Source: a virus
Lineage: Duplodnaviria > Caudoviricetes
Length of the DNA stretch: 55,213 nt
Direction: 5' to 3' (one strand)
IMG/VR virus record: IMGVR_UViG_3300025117_000079
Location: 1 to 55,213 of that record
Part shown: positions 26,374 through 36,241 of the stretch, one piece after another
Numbering within the stretch: the first letter of the stretch is position 1
Layout of the letters: every line of letters starts with the position of its first letter
Notes under the pieces: model-generated
Told to the model about the DNA's origin: nothing
Database searches by the model: none
What the model saw: the letters and a program-made list of their open reading frames with translations, nothing else
Position numbers and translations under genes: made by a program

Positions 26374-29300
26374 TCAAGATGCTGTAAAGAAGAAATTGGA
26401 AGAAGTAGCTGGTGAATGTGGAATCGTTTCCGATTGTGTGTTGGAAAAATTGGAAGATAAGTTTGAAAAGGCCAAGAGACAGGACGATTATAGAGATTTT
26501 GTAATTAAAACTAGAGACAACTCATTGGATGAACGTATTCAGTATGTAAAGAAAAAGGAAGAAGAGTTTTGGGAAGAAAACGAACTCTCCGTAGTGAAGT
26601 CTCCATATAGTTTAGATTACAAGTCTAATTATGAGGAGGCACCTAGAGGTGAGGTTGAGGGTGACGGTCCAACTGATTTGAAGTTGATTGTTAAGGCGTG
26701 TGAATACAGACTCGACGCTTATGCTGAGGTGTTCTTCAAACATTTTTTAAAATTACCAAATAGTTTGTTCCATCGATTTTTATACAAGACGTTGCAAAGA
26801 GAGATTAATGGAGGAAAGACGTGCAAATGGGCGATAGCGGCCCCGCGTAGGTCTAGTAAAAGCTCTTTGGTTTCAAATATCCTACCATTATGGTGTACAG
26901 TTTACAACAAACGAAAGTTTATTTTGTTAGTATCAGATACTGCTGGACAAGCAGAGGATTTTTTATCTGATGTAAAAGTAGAGTTAGAGACTAATATGCT
27001 ATTAGCTACGGCTTTTCCTCATGCCGTAGGCAAGGGAAAAGTTTGGAGAACGGATGAGATCATTACTAATAACAATGTAAAAATAAAAGCTTTAGGTACA
27101 GGTACTAAAATACGTGGTAGAAAGTTTGGAGCAGATAGGCCAGATCTTATTATTGGTGACGATCTCGAAAATGAAGAGATGGTGAGATCGGAAATTCAAA
27201 GACGATTTGTGCAGGATGAATGGTTTAATAAAGGATTGATGTTTGCTGGTAGTGATGATGTTCAGTTTTTTATTGTTGGTACAGTTATTGGTAAAGATTC
27301 GTTAATGGCGGCTTTATTAAATCCATCTCAATATCCAGATTGGAGTAGTAGAAGATTTAAAGCCGTTGAAAAGTTTTCCATGTCACCTTTATGGGATAAA
27401 TGGAAACAACTATACATGGATAGGTTTGATTTAGATCGTAAAGAAACATCTCTAAAATTCTTCGAAGATAATAAGGCTGAAATGTTAGACGGTACTGCGG
27501 TATTGTGGCCTGAAGGTAGACCATACTATGAATTAATGCAAATCAAGGCCGGTAATGAATCTGCATTTTTAGCAGAACAACAAAATGAATCAATTGACTT
27601 AACTAAAATTTATGTTACTAAAGAACAACTTCATTGGGAAAGTTTTGATTATGGAGAACACAAAAAAGCAGTAGAGCGTGCATTTAAGTTTGGAGCTATA
27701 GACCCGTCTTTAGGAAAAAAGTCGCATAAAGGAGATTATTCAGCTATTGTGACTGTAGCTAGAGATCCAATAACTGGATATATTTACGTTCTTGATATGG
27801 ATTTAAAACGTAGATCTGTTGATGATCAAATAAATGATATAATAAAACTATATGAGAGATATCCGTGGAGAATGTTTGGGGTAGAAACAGTGGCTTTTCA
27901 GTACGTGGTTGCTTCTGCTTTGAGAAAAAAATCAAGAGAGTTGGGGGCATATATTCCATTAAAAGAAATAAACCAAACTACTGACAAAAAGGTACGATTC
28001 GAGGGTATAGTACCTTTGCTTACAGATGGAACAATCATATTTGATAGAATTAAATATAGACAAAATTCTTCATATAATTTGGCAATAGAACAGATAGTAA
28101 CTTTTACAGGCGAGCAAGACGCACATGACGATGCTTGCTTGTTGGCTGGAAGTAATATAATTACAGATATTGGAGTATTACCAATTGAAGAGATAAAAGA
28201 AGGTATGAATGTTTTAACCCATACCGGAACTTTTAAAAAAGTAACAAAAACTTTTTGTAGGACGTATTCTGGAGAAATATTTAAATTAAAAGCTTCTGGG
28301 TTGGAACCTTTGTATATTACAAATAATCATTCTGTTTTAGTAAACCAATTTGAAGTAATTAAAGACTATAAAAATAGATTATTTTATACAAAAGCTATAG
28401 ATAATTTTTATTTTAAACCTGTAGAGTTCATAAATAAAGAATTAGATTTAGTAAATTCTCCAGTTTTGAAAACAAAACAAAATGTAATTTTAGATATGTC
28501 TAAATACATAAACTATCCAATTATAAAAGAAGAGCAAGTTTATGGTTCTACTTATAAAGGAACAAGATTAAACAATAGATCAAATCCAGTAAATAGATTT
28601 ATAGAAGTTGATGAGAAGTTTGCATTTATTCTTGGTTATTATTTAGCAGAAGGTGGATGTAATAAATCTCACTGTTTTGGATTTTCTGGACATGAGAAAG
28701 AGAATAGAGTAGTAGATTTTTTACGTGAAGAGTTTGGAAAATTTGGTATAGATAAAAGTTATTACTATATTAAAAATAATACAAAATCCAGATCTGTATT
28801 ATTCAATAGTGTTCCTTTTTGTAAATTATTTGAAACATTTGGAAGCAGACATCAAAAACATCTACCATATTTTTGTATGAACTTAGGAGATAAAGAAACC
28901 AAATCTCTTATTTTAGGTTATTTTTTTGGTGATGGTAATTTTACTACTGGAACTGGAAGAAGTATATCTATTTCAGCATCAATAAGTTATCAAATTTATT
29001 TTTTGTTATTAAAAATTGGATTTAGACCAAGTTTGGCTTTTGTAAGACGAAAAGGGAGATGGGAAGGAATAACTGGCAAAATAAAAAGTGATTTTTATTC
29101 TATAGGTTTAAGTGTATTAGAAACTAATGAATTGTTATCTAATTTACCGTCTTTTATAGAAGAAATTTATAAAGATAAAAATTTGAATCTAAAACCACAT
29201 AATTCTATCAATAGTTCTTCTTATAAAAGTACAAAATTTTTATCTAAAAAAATTAGAGAATTAACTTCTTATTGGTATGATGGAGAAGTTTATAATTTAG

Positions 29301-29428
29301 AGGTTGAAGAAGATAATAGTTATGTAGCAAATGGTGTAACTGTACATAATTGTGATGCCTTACAAATGGCAATAGAGATTGCAAAAGCACCGAGGTTTAA
29401 ATTACTAACATCTCAGAATAGGAAATAG
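26360..29428 (+). CDS. terL: terminase large subunit with intein
   Basis: APRRSSKS, GDDLE, IDPS, ETVAFQ; HDDA|CDAL after intein removal. Confidence 0.93.
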   Translation: METPSQDAVKKKLEEVAGECGIVSDCVLEKLEDKFEKAKRQDDYRDFVIKTRDNSLDERIQYVKKKEEEFWEENELSVVKSPYSLDYKSNYEEAPRGEVEGDGPTDLKLIVKACEYRLDAYAEVFFKHFLKLPNSLFHRFLYKTLQREINGGKTCKWAIAAPRRSSKSSLVSNILPLWCTVYNKRKFILLVSDTAGQAEDFLSDVKVELETNMLLATAFPHAVGKGKVWRTDEIITNNNVKIKALGTGTKIRGRKFGADRPDLIIGDDLENEEMVRSEIQRRFVQDEWFNKGLMFAGSDDVQFFIVGTVIGKDSLMAALLNPSQYPDWSSRRFKAVEKFSMSPLWDKWKQLYMDRFDLDRKETSLKFFEDNKAEMLDGTAVLWPEGRPYYELMQIKAGNESAFLAEQQNESIDLTKIYVTKEQLHWESFDYGEHKKAVERAFKFGAIDPSLGKKSHKGDYSAIVTVARDPITGYIYVLDMDLKRRSVDDQINDIIKLYERYPWRMFGVETVAFQYVVASALRKKSRELGAYIPLKEINQTTDKKVRFEGIVPLLTDGTIIFDRIKYRQNSSYNLAIEQIVTFTGEQDAHDDACLLAGSNIITDIGVLPIEEIKEGMNVLTHTGTFKKVTKTFCRTYSGEIFKLKASGLEPLYITNNHSVLVNQFEVIKDYKNRLFYTKAIDNFYFKPVEFINKELDLVNSPVLKTKQNVILDMSKYINYPIIKEEQVYGSTYKGTRLNNRSNPVNRFIEVDEKFAFILGYYLAEGGCNKSHCFGFSGHEKENRVVDFLREEFGKFGIDKSYYYIKNNTKSRSVLFNSVPFCKLFETFGSRHQKHLPYFCMNLGDKETKSLILGYFFGDGNFTTGTGRSISISASISYQIYFLLLKIGFRPSLAFVRRKGRWEGITGKIKSDFYSIGLSVLETNELLSNLPSFIEEIYKDKNLNLKPHNSINSSSYKSTKFLSKKIRELTSYWYDGEVYNLEVEEDNSYVANGVTVHNCDALQMAIEIAKAPRFKLLTSQNRK
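28136..29350 (+). mobile_element. intein with LAGLIDADG endonuclease (405 aa)
   Basis: Starts CLLAGS; T.NH block B; LGYYLAEG and LGYFFGDG; ends VYNLEV...VHN before Cys+1. Confidence 0.95.
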
Positions 29429-29493
29429 TATGAGATGTACATAAATACTCACAAAATGCTAATAAGACGATAATTACTAATAGGTGATAATAA

Positions 29494-31059
29494 ATGGCAG
29501 ATGTAGTTAAAGTAACACTGAAGGACAGAGTTCATCCGTTATATGATGAATACATAGATCGTTGGGAATTGTATTACGACGCTGTTAAAGGAAGTTCTAA
29601 CTTCATCACCACAGACAATCTCAGCTCGCATAGGCTCGAAGATTCCACTGACTATGATGAAAGATTCGAAAGAGCATATTTTTTAAATTTCTGCGAGACC
29701 CTCCCCAAACTCTACAACTCACTCATCTATAAGGAACACATTGAACGACCTGGCAATGAAGATCTTGCTATCTTCAGAACTAACACTGACGGTCGTGGTA
29801 AGAACATAAATGATTTTGTTAAAAGGGGTGGCTTTCTCGCTTCCACGTTTGGAGCCGTCCACTGTATCGTAGATATTCCTTCTGCACCTAAAAAGAATAT
29901 TTCAAAGTTTGAAGCTAAATCGTTTGGTCTTTATCCTTATGCTACTCTTTTCACTCCTATTCAGGTAAAAGACTGGTCTATGGATAAATTCGGTCGTCTC
30001 AGATGGATTGTGCTTGAGGAAAAGTATTATAATGATATTGACCCAACTGTAAAAAGGATTGAAGAGGTTCACTATAAACTCATTACTACCACTGAGTGGA
30101 GAGTAGAGGACGACAAGGGACAGCCTGTTACTTATGATGATGGTTCTCCTTCTAAGGGTAAGAATCCTTTAGGCATGGTTCCTATAGCCACGATGTATAA
30201 TAATGATATAGATGATAATATGGTTGGGGAATCAATGTTGAAGGATATTGTTTATATCAATAGAGCTATCTTTAATTGGTGCTCTTGTATTGATGAACAG
30301 ATTGAACGACAAACCTTTTCTCAGCTAGTTGTTCCAGATGATGGAACATTAGCTGAAGAGAAAGAGACATCTGGAGATCCGCTTTACAAAATCGGTACAT
30401 CTTCCATTTATACATTCCCTCACGATTCTGGTCATCCACCTGCTTTTATTTCTCCAGATGTCCAAAATATTACAGCGGTCTGGAAATTGGTGATAGATCA
30501 TGTTAAAGAGATTTTCAGGTTGTCTGGTTTGATGGGATCGTCTGATGATATGTATATTGGGAAGTCTGGTCGTGCTGCTCAGTTTGGATTTATCAGTGTG
30601 AATTCTTGTTTAGCTAGTAAAGCCGCTTCTTATCAGAAATTTGAAAATGATATTTCTAGACTAGCAATGATTCATTTAGGAAAGAATCCAGAGGAATTTA
30701 AAGAAGTAAAATATGCAGAGTCTTTTGATGTCGGTTCTCTAACTGAAGAAATTGATAATATATTCAAGGTGATGGAGTCTAATATTTCCGATACTTTAAA
30801 TATCTATCTTAAAAAGACAATTTCGATGAAGATTGCACCTCTTGCTCCAGATGATCTGAAAGAGAAGATTGAGAAAGAAATTGAAGCACAAGGAGGTAAA
30901 TTCGAATCACCAGAAACTATTAGGAATAGAGAAAAGGTTGAGAATACTAGTAAGGATAATAATGATGGTCCTAAAAACACAAGTGTGAAAGACACATTTA
31001 TGACTAAGGACAAGGCTGACAGTGTTAAGTCCTCACACAGAATACCAGAGGATAAATAG
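29494..31059 (+). CDS. portal protein
   Basis: Follows terL; HP.Y....RW, ERAYFLNF, NPLGMVP. Confidence 0.85.
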   Translation: MADVVKVTLKDRVHPLYDEYIDRWELYYDAVKGSSNFITTDNLSSHRLEDSTDYDERFERAYFLNFCETLPKLYNSLIYKEHIERPGNEDLAIFRTNTDGRGKNINDFVKRGGFLASTFGAVHCIVDIPSAPKKNISKFEAKSFGLYPYATLFTPIQVKDWSMDKFGRLRWIVLEEKYYNDIDPTVKRIEEVHYKLITTTEWRVEDDKGQPVTYDDGSPSKGKNPLGMVPIATMYNNDIDDNMVGESMLKDIVYINRAIFNWCSCIDEQIERQTFSQLVVPDDGTLAEEKETSGDPLYKIGTSSIYTFPHDSGHPPAFISPDVQNITAVWKLVIDHVKEIFRLSGLMGSSDDMYIGKSGRAAQFGFISVNSCLASKAASYQKFENDISRLAMIHLGKNPEEFKEVKYAESFDVGSLTEEIDNIFKVMESNISDTLNIYLKKTISMKIAPLAPDDLKEKIEKEIEAQGGKFESPETIRNREKVENTSKDNNDGPKNTSVKDTFMTKDKADSVKSSHRIPEDK

Positions 31060-31095
31060 CTGGATAGCTAAAAAATTAAATGGAGGAGTCCAAGA

Positions 31096-32019
31096 ATGGA
31101 ACTTAAAGAACAAGCAAAGTTGTTAGGTGTCGATGTAACTAAATTTGAAAATGATGATGATCTGAAAAAGGCTGTTGACGAAGCTGAGTCTAAAAAGAAA
31201 GAGTCTGAAAGTAAGAATAAGACTGAGCGAGAAGAGTATCTTGACAAGGAAATGAAAGCAGCCATTAAGAAACGAGACGAGGCTAAAGAGGAAGCTCGTT
31301 TGCTTAAGAAGAAGATTGATGATCTTGAGGAAGGACGAAAAGGACTTCCTACTACCGAAGAGCTAAAAGCTTTGAAAGAGGAACTTGTTGCTCTCAAGAA
31401 TCACAAGGAAACCATTGACAAGGAAACAGAAGAGAAAGAGCTTGCAAAGAAAACTGAAATTGAACGACAGGAGATTCTTCATAAGAAAGAACTGGAATCA
31501 ATTCAGAGATCAATCGAAGCTCAGATGAAAGATATCAACGATAAACTTGCTGAGAAAGATAAGATACTCTCAGCCAAAGAAGAGAAGATTAAAGCACTAC
31601 GTTCTACAAGATTGGATGCTGATATATTGACATTTGCTTCTACTGGAGAGATGAAAGCAATTAATCCTAGACAAATCGTTAGGTTGCTGAAGGAAGACTT
31701 TGAATACGACGATAATCTAGATAAGTACTATTTCCCCGTCTATAATGATAAGGGAAAAATGGTTGATGAACTTACGGTAGAAGAAAAAGTAAAAGCTTTT
31801 CTCTCAGATAAAGAAAACGAAAACTTAGTAAAGTCCAATATTAATACAGATGGAATGAATACTAAGAAATCGGACGATACTAAGAATACGGGTAATTTTG
31901 GAGATTATGACCCAAATGATGAAAAGATAAAGAGAGCCGCTGAAGATCGTGGCTTATCTGTTAAGGATTGGATTGATATTTTAAAAATGAAAGACAGTAG
32001 GCTGTCTAAGAAAAAGTAA
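31096..32019 (+). CDS. capsid scaffolding protein
   Basis: E/K-rich coiled coil, AINPRQI; lies between portal and capsid. Confidence 0.75.
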   Translation: MELKEQAKLLGVDVTKFENDDDLKKAVDEAESKKKESESKNKTEREEYLDKEMKAAIKKRDEAKEEARLLKKKIDDLEEGRKGLPTTEELKALKEELVALKNHKETIDKETEEKELAKKTEIERQEILHKKELESIQRSIEAQMKDINDKLAEKDKILSAKEEKIKALRSTRLDADILTFASTGEMKAINPRQIVRLLKEDFEYDDNLDKYYFPVYNDKGKMVDELTVEEKVKAFLSDKENENLVKSNINTDGMNTKKSDDTKNTGNFGDYDPNDEKIKRAAEDRGLSVKDWIDILKMKDSRLSKKK

Positions 32020-32037
32020 GGATGGTGAAATTTTATA

Positions 32038-32523
32038 ATGGGAAAATTCATTAAATACGGATGGATGGAAGGCCCCGGTAAGGGCAAAGAAGTTCCTGTT
32101 GCTGCTTCTCAGTATTTCAACAGATTGGGTGGGCATTTTGTCTATATTAACTCTGCTGGTCATGCTGCTGAAGTGAATTCTACGTACTATGCTAACATTT
32201 TTGGTTGGGCTGACACCCAAAAAGATGCTTCTGGTAAGAGTTCGTGGAAGTCTAGCTCTACTGCTGCGGCTGATAAGGTATTTGTCATCACTGGTGTCGA
32301 GAATAAGTTCTGGATGCCAATTAGTAATGCTCACGCTAGTGCCAATGCTACGATTCTTGGTAAGAGTGCATTGATCCAGAATACTGGTGCTACTTATACT
32401 CTGATTCAGAAAGTTGGAACTGCGTACAATACGGCGGCTAGTGGAGTGCTTTTGATCCACGATTATGATGCAAGTGAAGATTTGGCATTGGTTTCGATTA
32501 ACCCAAGTGGAGCTAATGCGTAA
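32038..32523 (+). CDS. capsid decoration/cement-like protein (putative)
   Basis: Position just before the major capsid gene; Ala/Ser/Gly-rich. Confidence 0.6.
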   Translation: MGKFIKYGWMEGPGKGKEVPVAASQYFNRLGGHFVYINSAGHAAEVNSTYYANIFGWADTQKDASGKSSWKSSSTAAADKVFVITGVENKFWMPISNAHASANATILGKSALIQNTGATYTLIQKVGTAYNTAASGVLLIHDYDASEDLALVSINPSGANA

Positions 32524-32556
32524 TTAATTTAGTAATTTAAGGAAGGTGAAGAATAA

Positions 32557-34464
32557 ATGGCTGGTGTAGCTTACTGCACCACTTCTGGGCAACCGGAAGT
32601 TAAAAACTGGGTGAATTGACTGGAAACCTAAATTTAAGGAACAAAAAATGGAATGTCAGATTTGTAAGAAAACTTTTAAAGCGGTAACAAACACTCATCT
32701 TATGAACAGTCATAATTTGACTCCCAAACAATATGAGAATATGTTTGGTTGTTCTACTGTTCCAGAAGGGTGGGTGTCTGGAGAGAAAAATCCGTTTTAT
32801 GGTAAATCTCACAAAGATGGCATTTCAAAAGTAAAGTCTGAAGAGTATAGGGATGCAGCGTCAGAAAGAAGGAAAGGAAAATCAGCTTCTGAATTCTTAA
32901 AAAATATTTCTGTTGAAGAATTTAGAAAACATCAATCAGATGCTCATTCAGGTGAAAGAAATCCAATGTATGGTAAAATCTGGACTAGAGAAAGAAAAGA
33001 AAAACACTCAAGGTTGATCTCTAGAGAAGGAAACCCAAATTGGAGAGGTGGTATAACATCGTACCGATATAATATGAAAGTCTGGAATGATAATCTCAAA
33101 AATAAAGTGAGAGATCGAGACGGATTCAGATGTCAATTGTGTGGTATTCATCAGAATATCTCCAATAAAAAATTGGCAGTTCATCATATTGACTACGATA
33201 AATTCAATTACTCTTTTGACAATCTTATTTCGTTGTGTAACTCATGCCATCCAAAGGTGTCTTATAATAGAGAGAAGTATATGGCAGAGTTTAGAATCAA
33301 ATTGTTCCTTAAACATGGCAATCAGCAGCGAAGCCTATCGAATGTAATAGAAAAAGTAGATAGGAACGTCCAGAGACTAGATCGTGAGGATATTACAACC
33401 AATAACCGATCCACGAGCGCCCGGCTCCTAGACAATTCTAGGATGATGATATAGTCCGACTCTTATCAGAAATGGTAAGGAGATTCCTTAAATAGAATCT
33501 CATAAGATGGTGAAAAAGATCTGAATTCACGGAAGCTATGAAGAAAGATGCTTACCGTTGGTATTTTGAGAATTATCCGGAAAAACCTCCTGTTTATCAG
33601 GATCTATTTGAGGTTGTTCCGTCCAATTCAGCGTATGATATGTTTACCTCTGCGGTTGGTCTTGGAGAGCTTCTGGAAAAACCAGAAGGCGAAGATCTTC
33701 AGGCTGATAGGCCGATTGAGTCTTATACGATTGTTTGCAAGAATAGAACCTTTGGGCGTCTTGTGAGGTTTACTTATGAGACGGTTCAGGATACACAGAA
33801 GGTTGCTAATCTGTTGCAAACGACTGTTGGCAAGTGGGCTAGTTCTGTGATTGAGACCAAAGAAAAATGGTACTCGAAATTTTTTAACTATGGTGCTATG
33901 TCGGCTGGTAATGATGTTTTCAATAACAGCATTGGTGGTGTTATCACCGATTCGTCTGGGAATTTGACCTATGATGGTAAGGCTTTTTTTGCCACGGATC
34001 ATCCTGATAAGGTTGGTAATACCTATAGCAACTACGAGTCTGCCGATTCGTTGACTCCAGATAATTTGAAAGCTAATTATCTAGTTTTTACGTCTACGAA
34101 TAACAGAAATGAGAGAGGTCAGATTATTGAGTGGTCTCCTGACACTCTGTTGGTGCCTCCGGCTCTTACGTTTACTGCAAGGGAGATTTTGAATACTACT
34201 CAAGTCCCTTTTAGTCAGGATAACACTCTTAATGTTTTGACGAGCATAGTCAGCCCTCTTGAATGGAGCTTTTTGACTGATGCTGATGGGTGGTTCTTGC
34301 TGAAGAGGAGATCAGGGCTTATGGCGACAGCTAGGGAAGATGTTATGCTCGATTTCTGGGCTGACGAGACTTCCAAGGACCTCTATGCCTCCATTATGCT
34401 CAGATATGGAGGTTGTGTCTCTAACTGGAGAGGAACTTTCGCTTGTAATATTGCGAGTTCGTAA
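32557..34464 (+). CDS. major capsid protein, spliced: exons 32557-32567 and 33513-34464
   Basis: RBS AAGGAAGGTG then ATG GCT GGT GT|A AAA AGA gives MAGVKRSEFTEAMKKDAY in frame; Mu gpT-like PDTLLVPPAL, DGWFL. Confidence 0.85.
32568..33512 (+). mobile_element. group I intron in the major capsid gene
   Basis: P1 GGTGTAG/CTGCACC with U-G at 32567; P aattgactggaaa; Q aatcagcag; R cagagacta (33371); S gatatagtcc (33448); terminal G at 33512 restores the frame. Confidence 0.9.
32648..33454 (+). CDS. intron-encoded HNH homing endonuclease (C2H2 finger, NUMOD3-like repeats)
   Basis: GEKNPFYGK, GERNPMYGK, RDGFRCQLC, HHIDYDK..NLISLCNSCH. Confidence 0.88.
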   Translation: MECQICKKTFKAVTNTHLMNSHNLTPKQYENMFGCSTVPEGWVSGEKNPFYGKSHKDGISKVKSEEYRDAASERRKGKSASEFLKNISVEEFRKHQSDAHSGERNPMYGKIWTRERKEKHSRLISREGNPNWRGGITSYRYNMKVWNDNLKNKVRDRDGFRCQLCGIHQNISNKKLAVHHIDYDKFNYSFDNLISLCNSCHPKVSYNREKYMAEFRIKLFLKHGNQQRSLSNVIEKVDRNVQRLDREDITTNNRSTSARLLDNSRMMI

Positions 34465-34481
34465 TCTTTAACATAAAAAAG

Positions 34482-34520
34482 TAAGGATCTGGCATTTTTT
34501 GTGCCAGATCCTTATCTTTT
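34482..34520 (+). terminator. rho-independent terminator after the capsid gene
   Basis: taaggatctggca/tgccagatcctta stem followed by tctttt. Confidence 0.75.
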
Positions 34521-34535
34521 GGCACAAGTATTGCA
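34520..34535 (+). promoter_or_regulatory. sigma-54-type promoter
   Basis: TGGCACAAGTATTGCA, near-consensus; ~33 bp before the next ATG, right after the terminator. Confidence 0.7.
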
Positions 34536-34568
34536 GGTAATATATGTCAAAAACTCGGAGGAGTTGAT

Positions 34569-36236
34569 ATGACATTATCCAAACGCGGTGGAAGTAATAA
34601 ACTAAGTTATGAATTTGTAAAAGAGTCTTTTGAAAACGAAGGATATACACTCTTATCAGATACCTATTCAAAAATCACAGAAAAATTACAATTTAAGTGT
34701 CCAAACGGACATGTACGTAGTATGTCTTTTTCTAGTTGGAAACTTGGAAATAGATGTAAACTTTGTTATGACTCTATTAGAGGAAATGAATTACGATTAG
34801 ATTTTGATTTTGTAAAAAAAGAAATTGAAAGTAAGGGGTATAAACTTCTTTCAAATACTTATAAAAGTATTGATTCAAAACTAGATGTTGTTTGTAAAAA
34901 TGGACATACATGGAATACTTCTTACAGATCTATAAAATCTGACAATACATGCATACATTGTTTAAATTCAGAAAAGAATATAAATAGAAAATATACACAC
35001 GAAGAAGTAAAAAATATATTTGCTAGAGAAGGATATTTATTGTATTCTAATGAATATATAAATACTAATTCACTTCTTGATGTTTTGTGTCCAGAAGGAC
35101 ATTATTTTTCTATTACTCTAAGAGAATTTAATAGCGGAGGAAGATGCTCTGTTTGTTTTATGTTAAATAGAGGTAAAACAAGATTATTAGATTTTTCTGA
35201 TGTTAAGAAGTATATAGAGAAAGAAAGATATAAACTAGCTAATGATAATTATACTAATTCAGCAACTCATCTTAACCTTGTTTGTCCCAACGGGCATAGT
35301 TGGAATGTAACTTTTAATAATTTTAAAAGTAATGGAGTTAGATGTCCAAAATGTCCATCTACTAGATCTTCTGGTGAGATAGAAATATATAAGTTTTTAT
35401 CAGATTATTTTAATTCAAACGAGATTACATCTAATGATAAAAGTATTATAACTCCATTTGAGTTGGATATTGTAATTCATCCAAAAAATATAGCTATAGA
35501 ATATTGTGGTGTATATTACCATTCTATAGAAAAAAAGAAGGATGAAAACTATCATTTAAATAAATTAAATCTTTGTAATAATAAAGGTATAAAATTAATC
35601 ACCATATTCGAAGATGAGTGGGTATACAAGAAAGATATTGTTAAACAAACATTATTGTATATTTTAGGACTTTCTAATAATAAATCTGTCTTTGCCAGAA
35701 AGTGTGAAGTTAGGGAAATTGATTCTTCTGAAGCTAGAGAGTTTTGTATAAAAAATCATTTGCAGGGATATACAAATGCACTAATTAAACTTGGGTTATA
35801 TCATAATAATACTTTAGTCTCAGTTATGACATTTAGTAAATCAAATATATCAAGAAACATTAAACCAAAGGAGAATGAATATGAACTTTCTAGATTCTGC
35901 TCAGACTTAAATTTGAATGTTGTTGGTGGTGCTTCTAAATTATTTTCTTACTTCCTTAAAACATATAACCCATCTTCTATTTATTCTTATTCTGATAAAA
36001 GATGGTTTAATGGCAATGTATATAAAAAGTTAGGATTTGACTTTGCACATTCTAGCCAACCATCATATTGGTATTGTGTCAGACAAAAGAGGTATCATAG
36101 ATTTAACTTTAGAAAAAGTAATTTAGTTAATATGCCAAATTATGATGTTAATAAAACAGAACAAGAAATTATGAGTCTCGAAGGATATAGCCGAATATAT
36201 GATTGTGGAACAGATAAATGGATTTTTACGAGGTAA
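34569..36236 (+). CDS. Zn-ribbon-repeat, PD-(D/E)XK (Hef-like) endonuclease with GNAT-like C-terminal domain
   Basis: Four C.(N/E)GH...C..C repeats; ELDI...AIEYCG.YYH; NHLQG, ELSRFC, SYSD, LGF. Confidence 0.7.
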   Translation: MTLSKRGGSNKLSYEFVKESFENEGYTLLSDTYSKITEKLQFKCPNGHVRSMSFSSWKLGNRCKLCYDSIRGNELRLDFDFVKKEIESKGYKLLSNTYKSIDSKLDVVCKNGHTWNTSYRSIKSDNTCIHCLNSEKNINRKYTHEEVKNIFAREGYLLYSNEYINTNSLLDVLCPEGHYFSITLREFNSGGRCSVCFMLNRGKTRLLDFSDVKKYIEKERYKLANDNYTNSATHLNLVCPNGHSWNVTFNNFKSNGVRCPKCPSTRSSGEIEIYKFLSDYFNSNEITSNDKSIITPFELDIVIHPKNIAIEYCGVYYHSIEKKKDENYHLNKLNLCNNKGIKLITIFEDEWVYKKDIVKQTLLYILGLSNNKSVFARKCEVREIDSSEAREFCIKNHLQGYTNALIKLGLYHNNTLVSVMTFSKSNISRNIKPKENEYELSRFCSDLNLNVVGGASKLFSYFLKTYNPSSIYSYSDKRWFNGNVYKKLGFDFAHSSQPSYWYCVRQKRYHRFNFRKSNLVNMPNYDVNKTEQEIMSLEGYSRIYDCGTDKWIFTR

Positions 36237-36241
36237 ACTAC

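Noticed and set aside
19900-33250. CWECH (19845 ORF) and CNSCH (32648 ORF) as haem motifs
   Set aside because: They are the Zn-binding ends of HNH domains in proteins without signal peptides
33511-33513. In-frame TGA before the capsid ORF as readthrough, selenocysteine or recoding
   Set aside because: Explained by the intron 3' splice site at G33512; other genes are intact under the standard code
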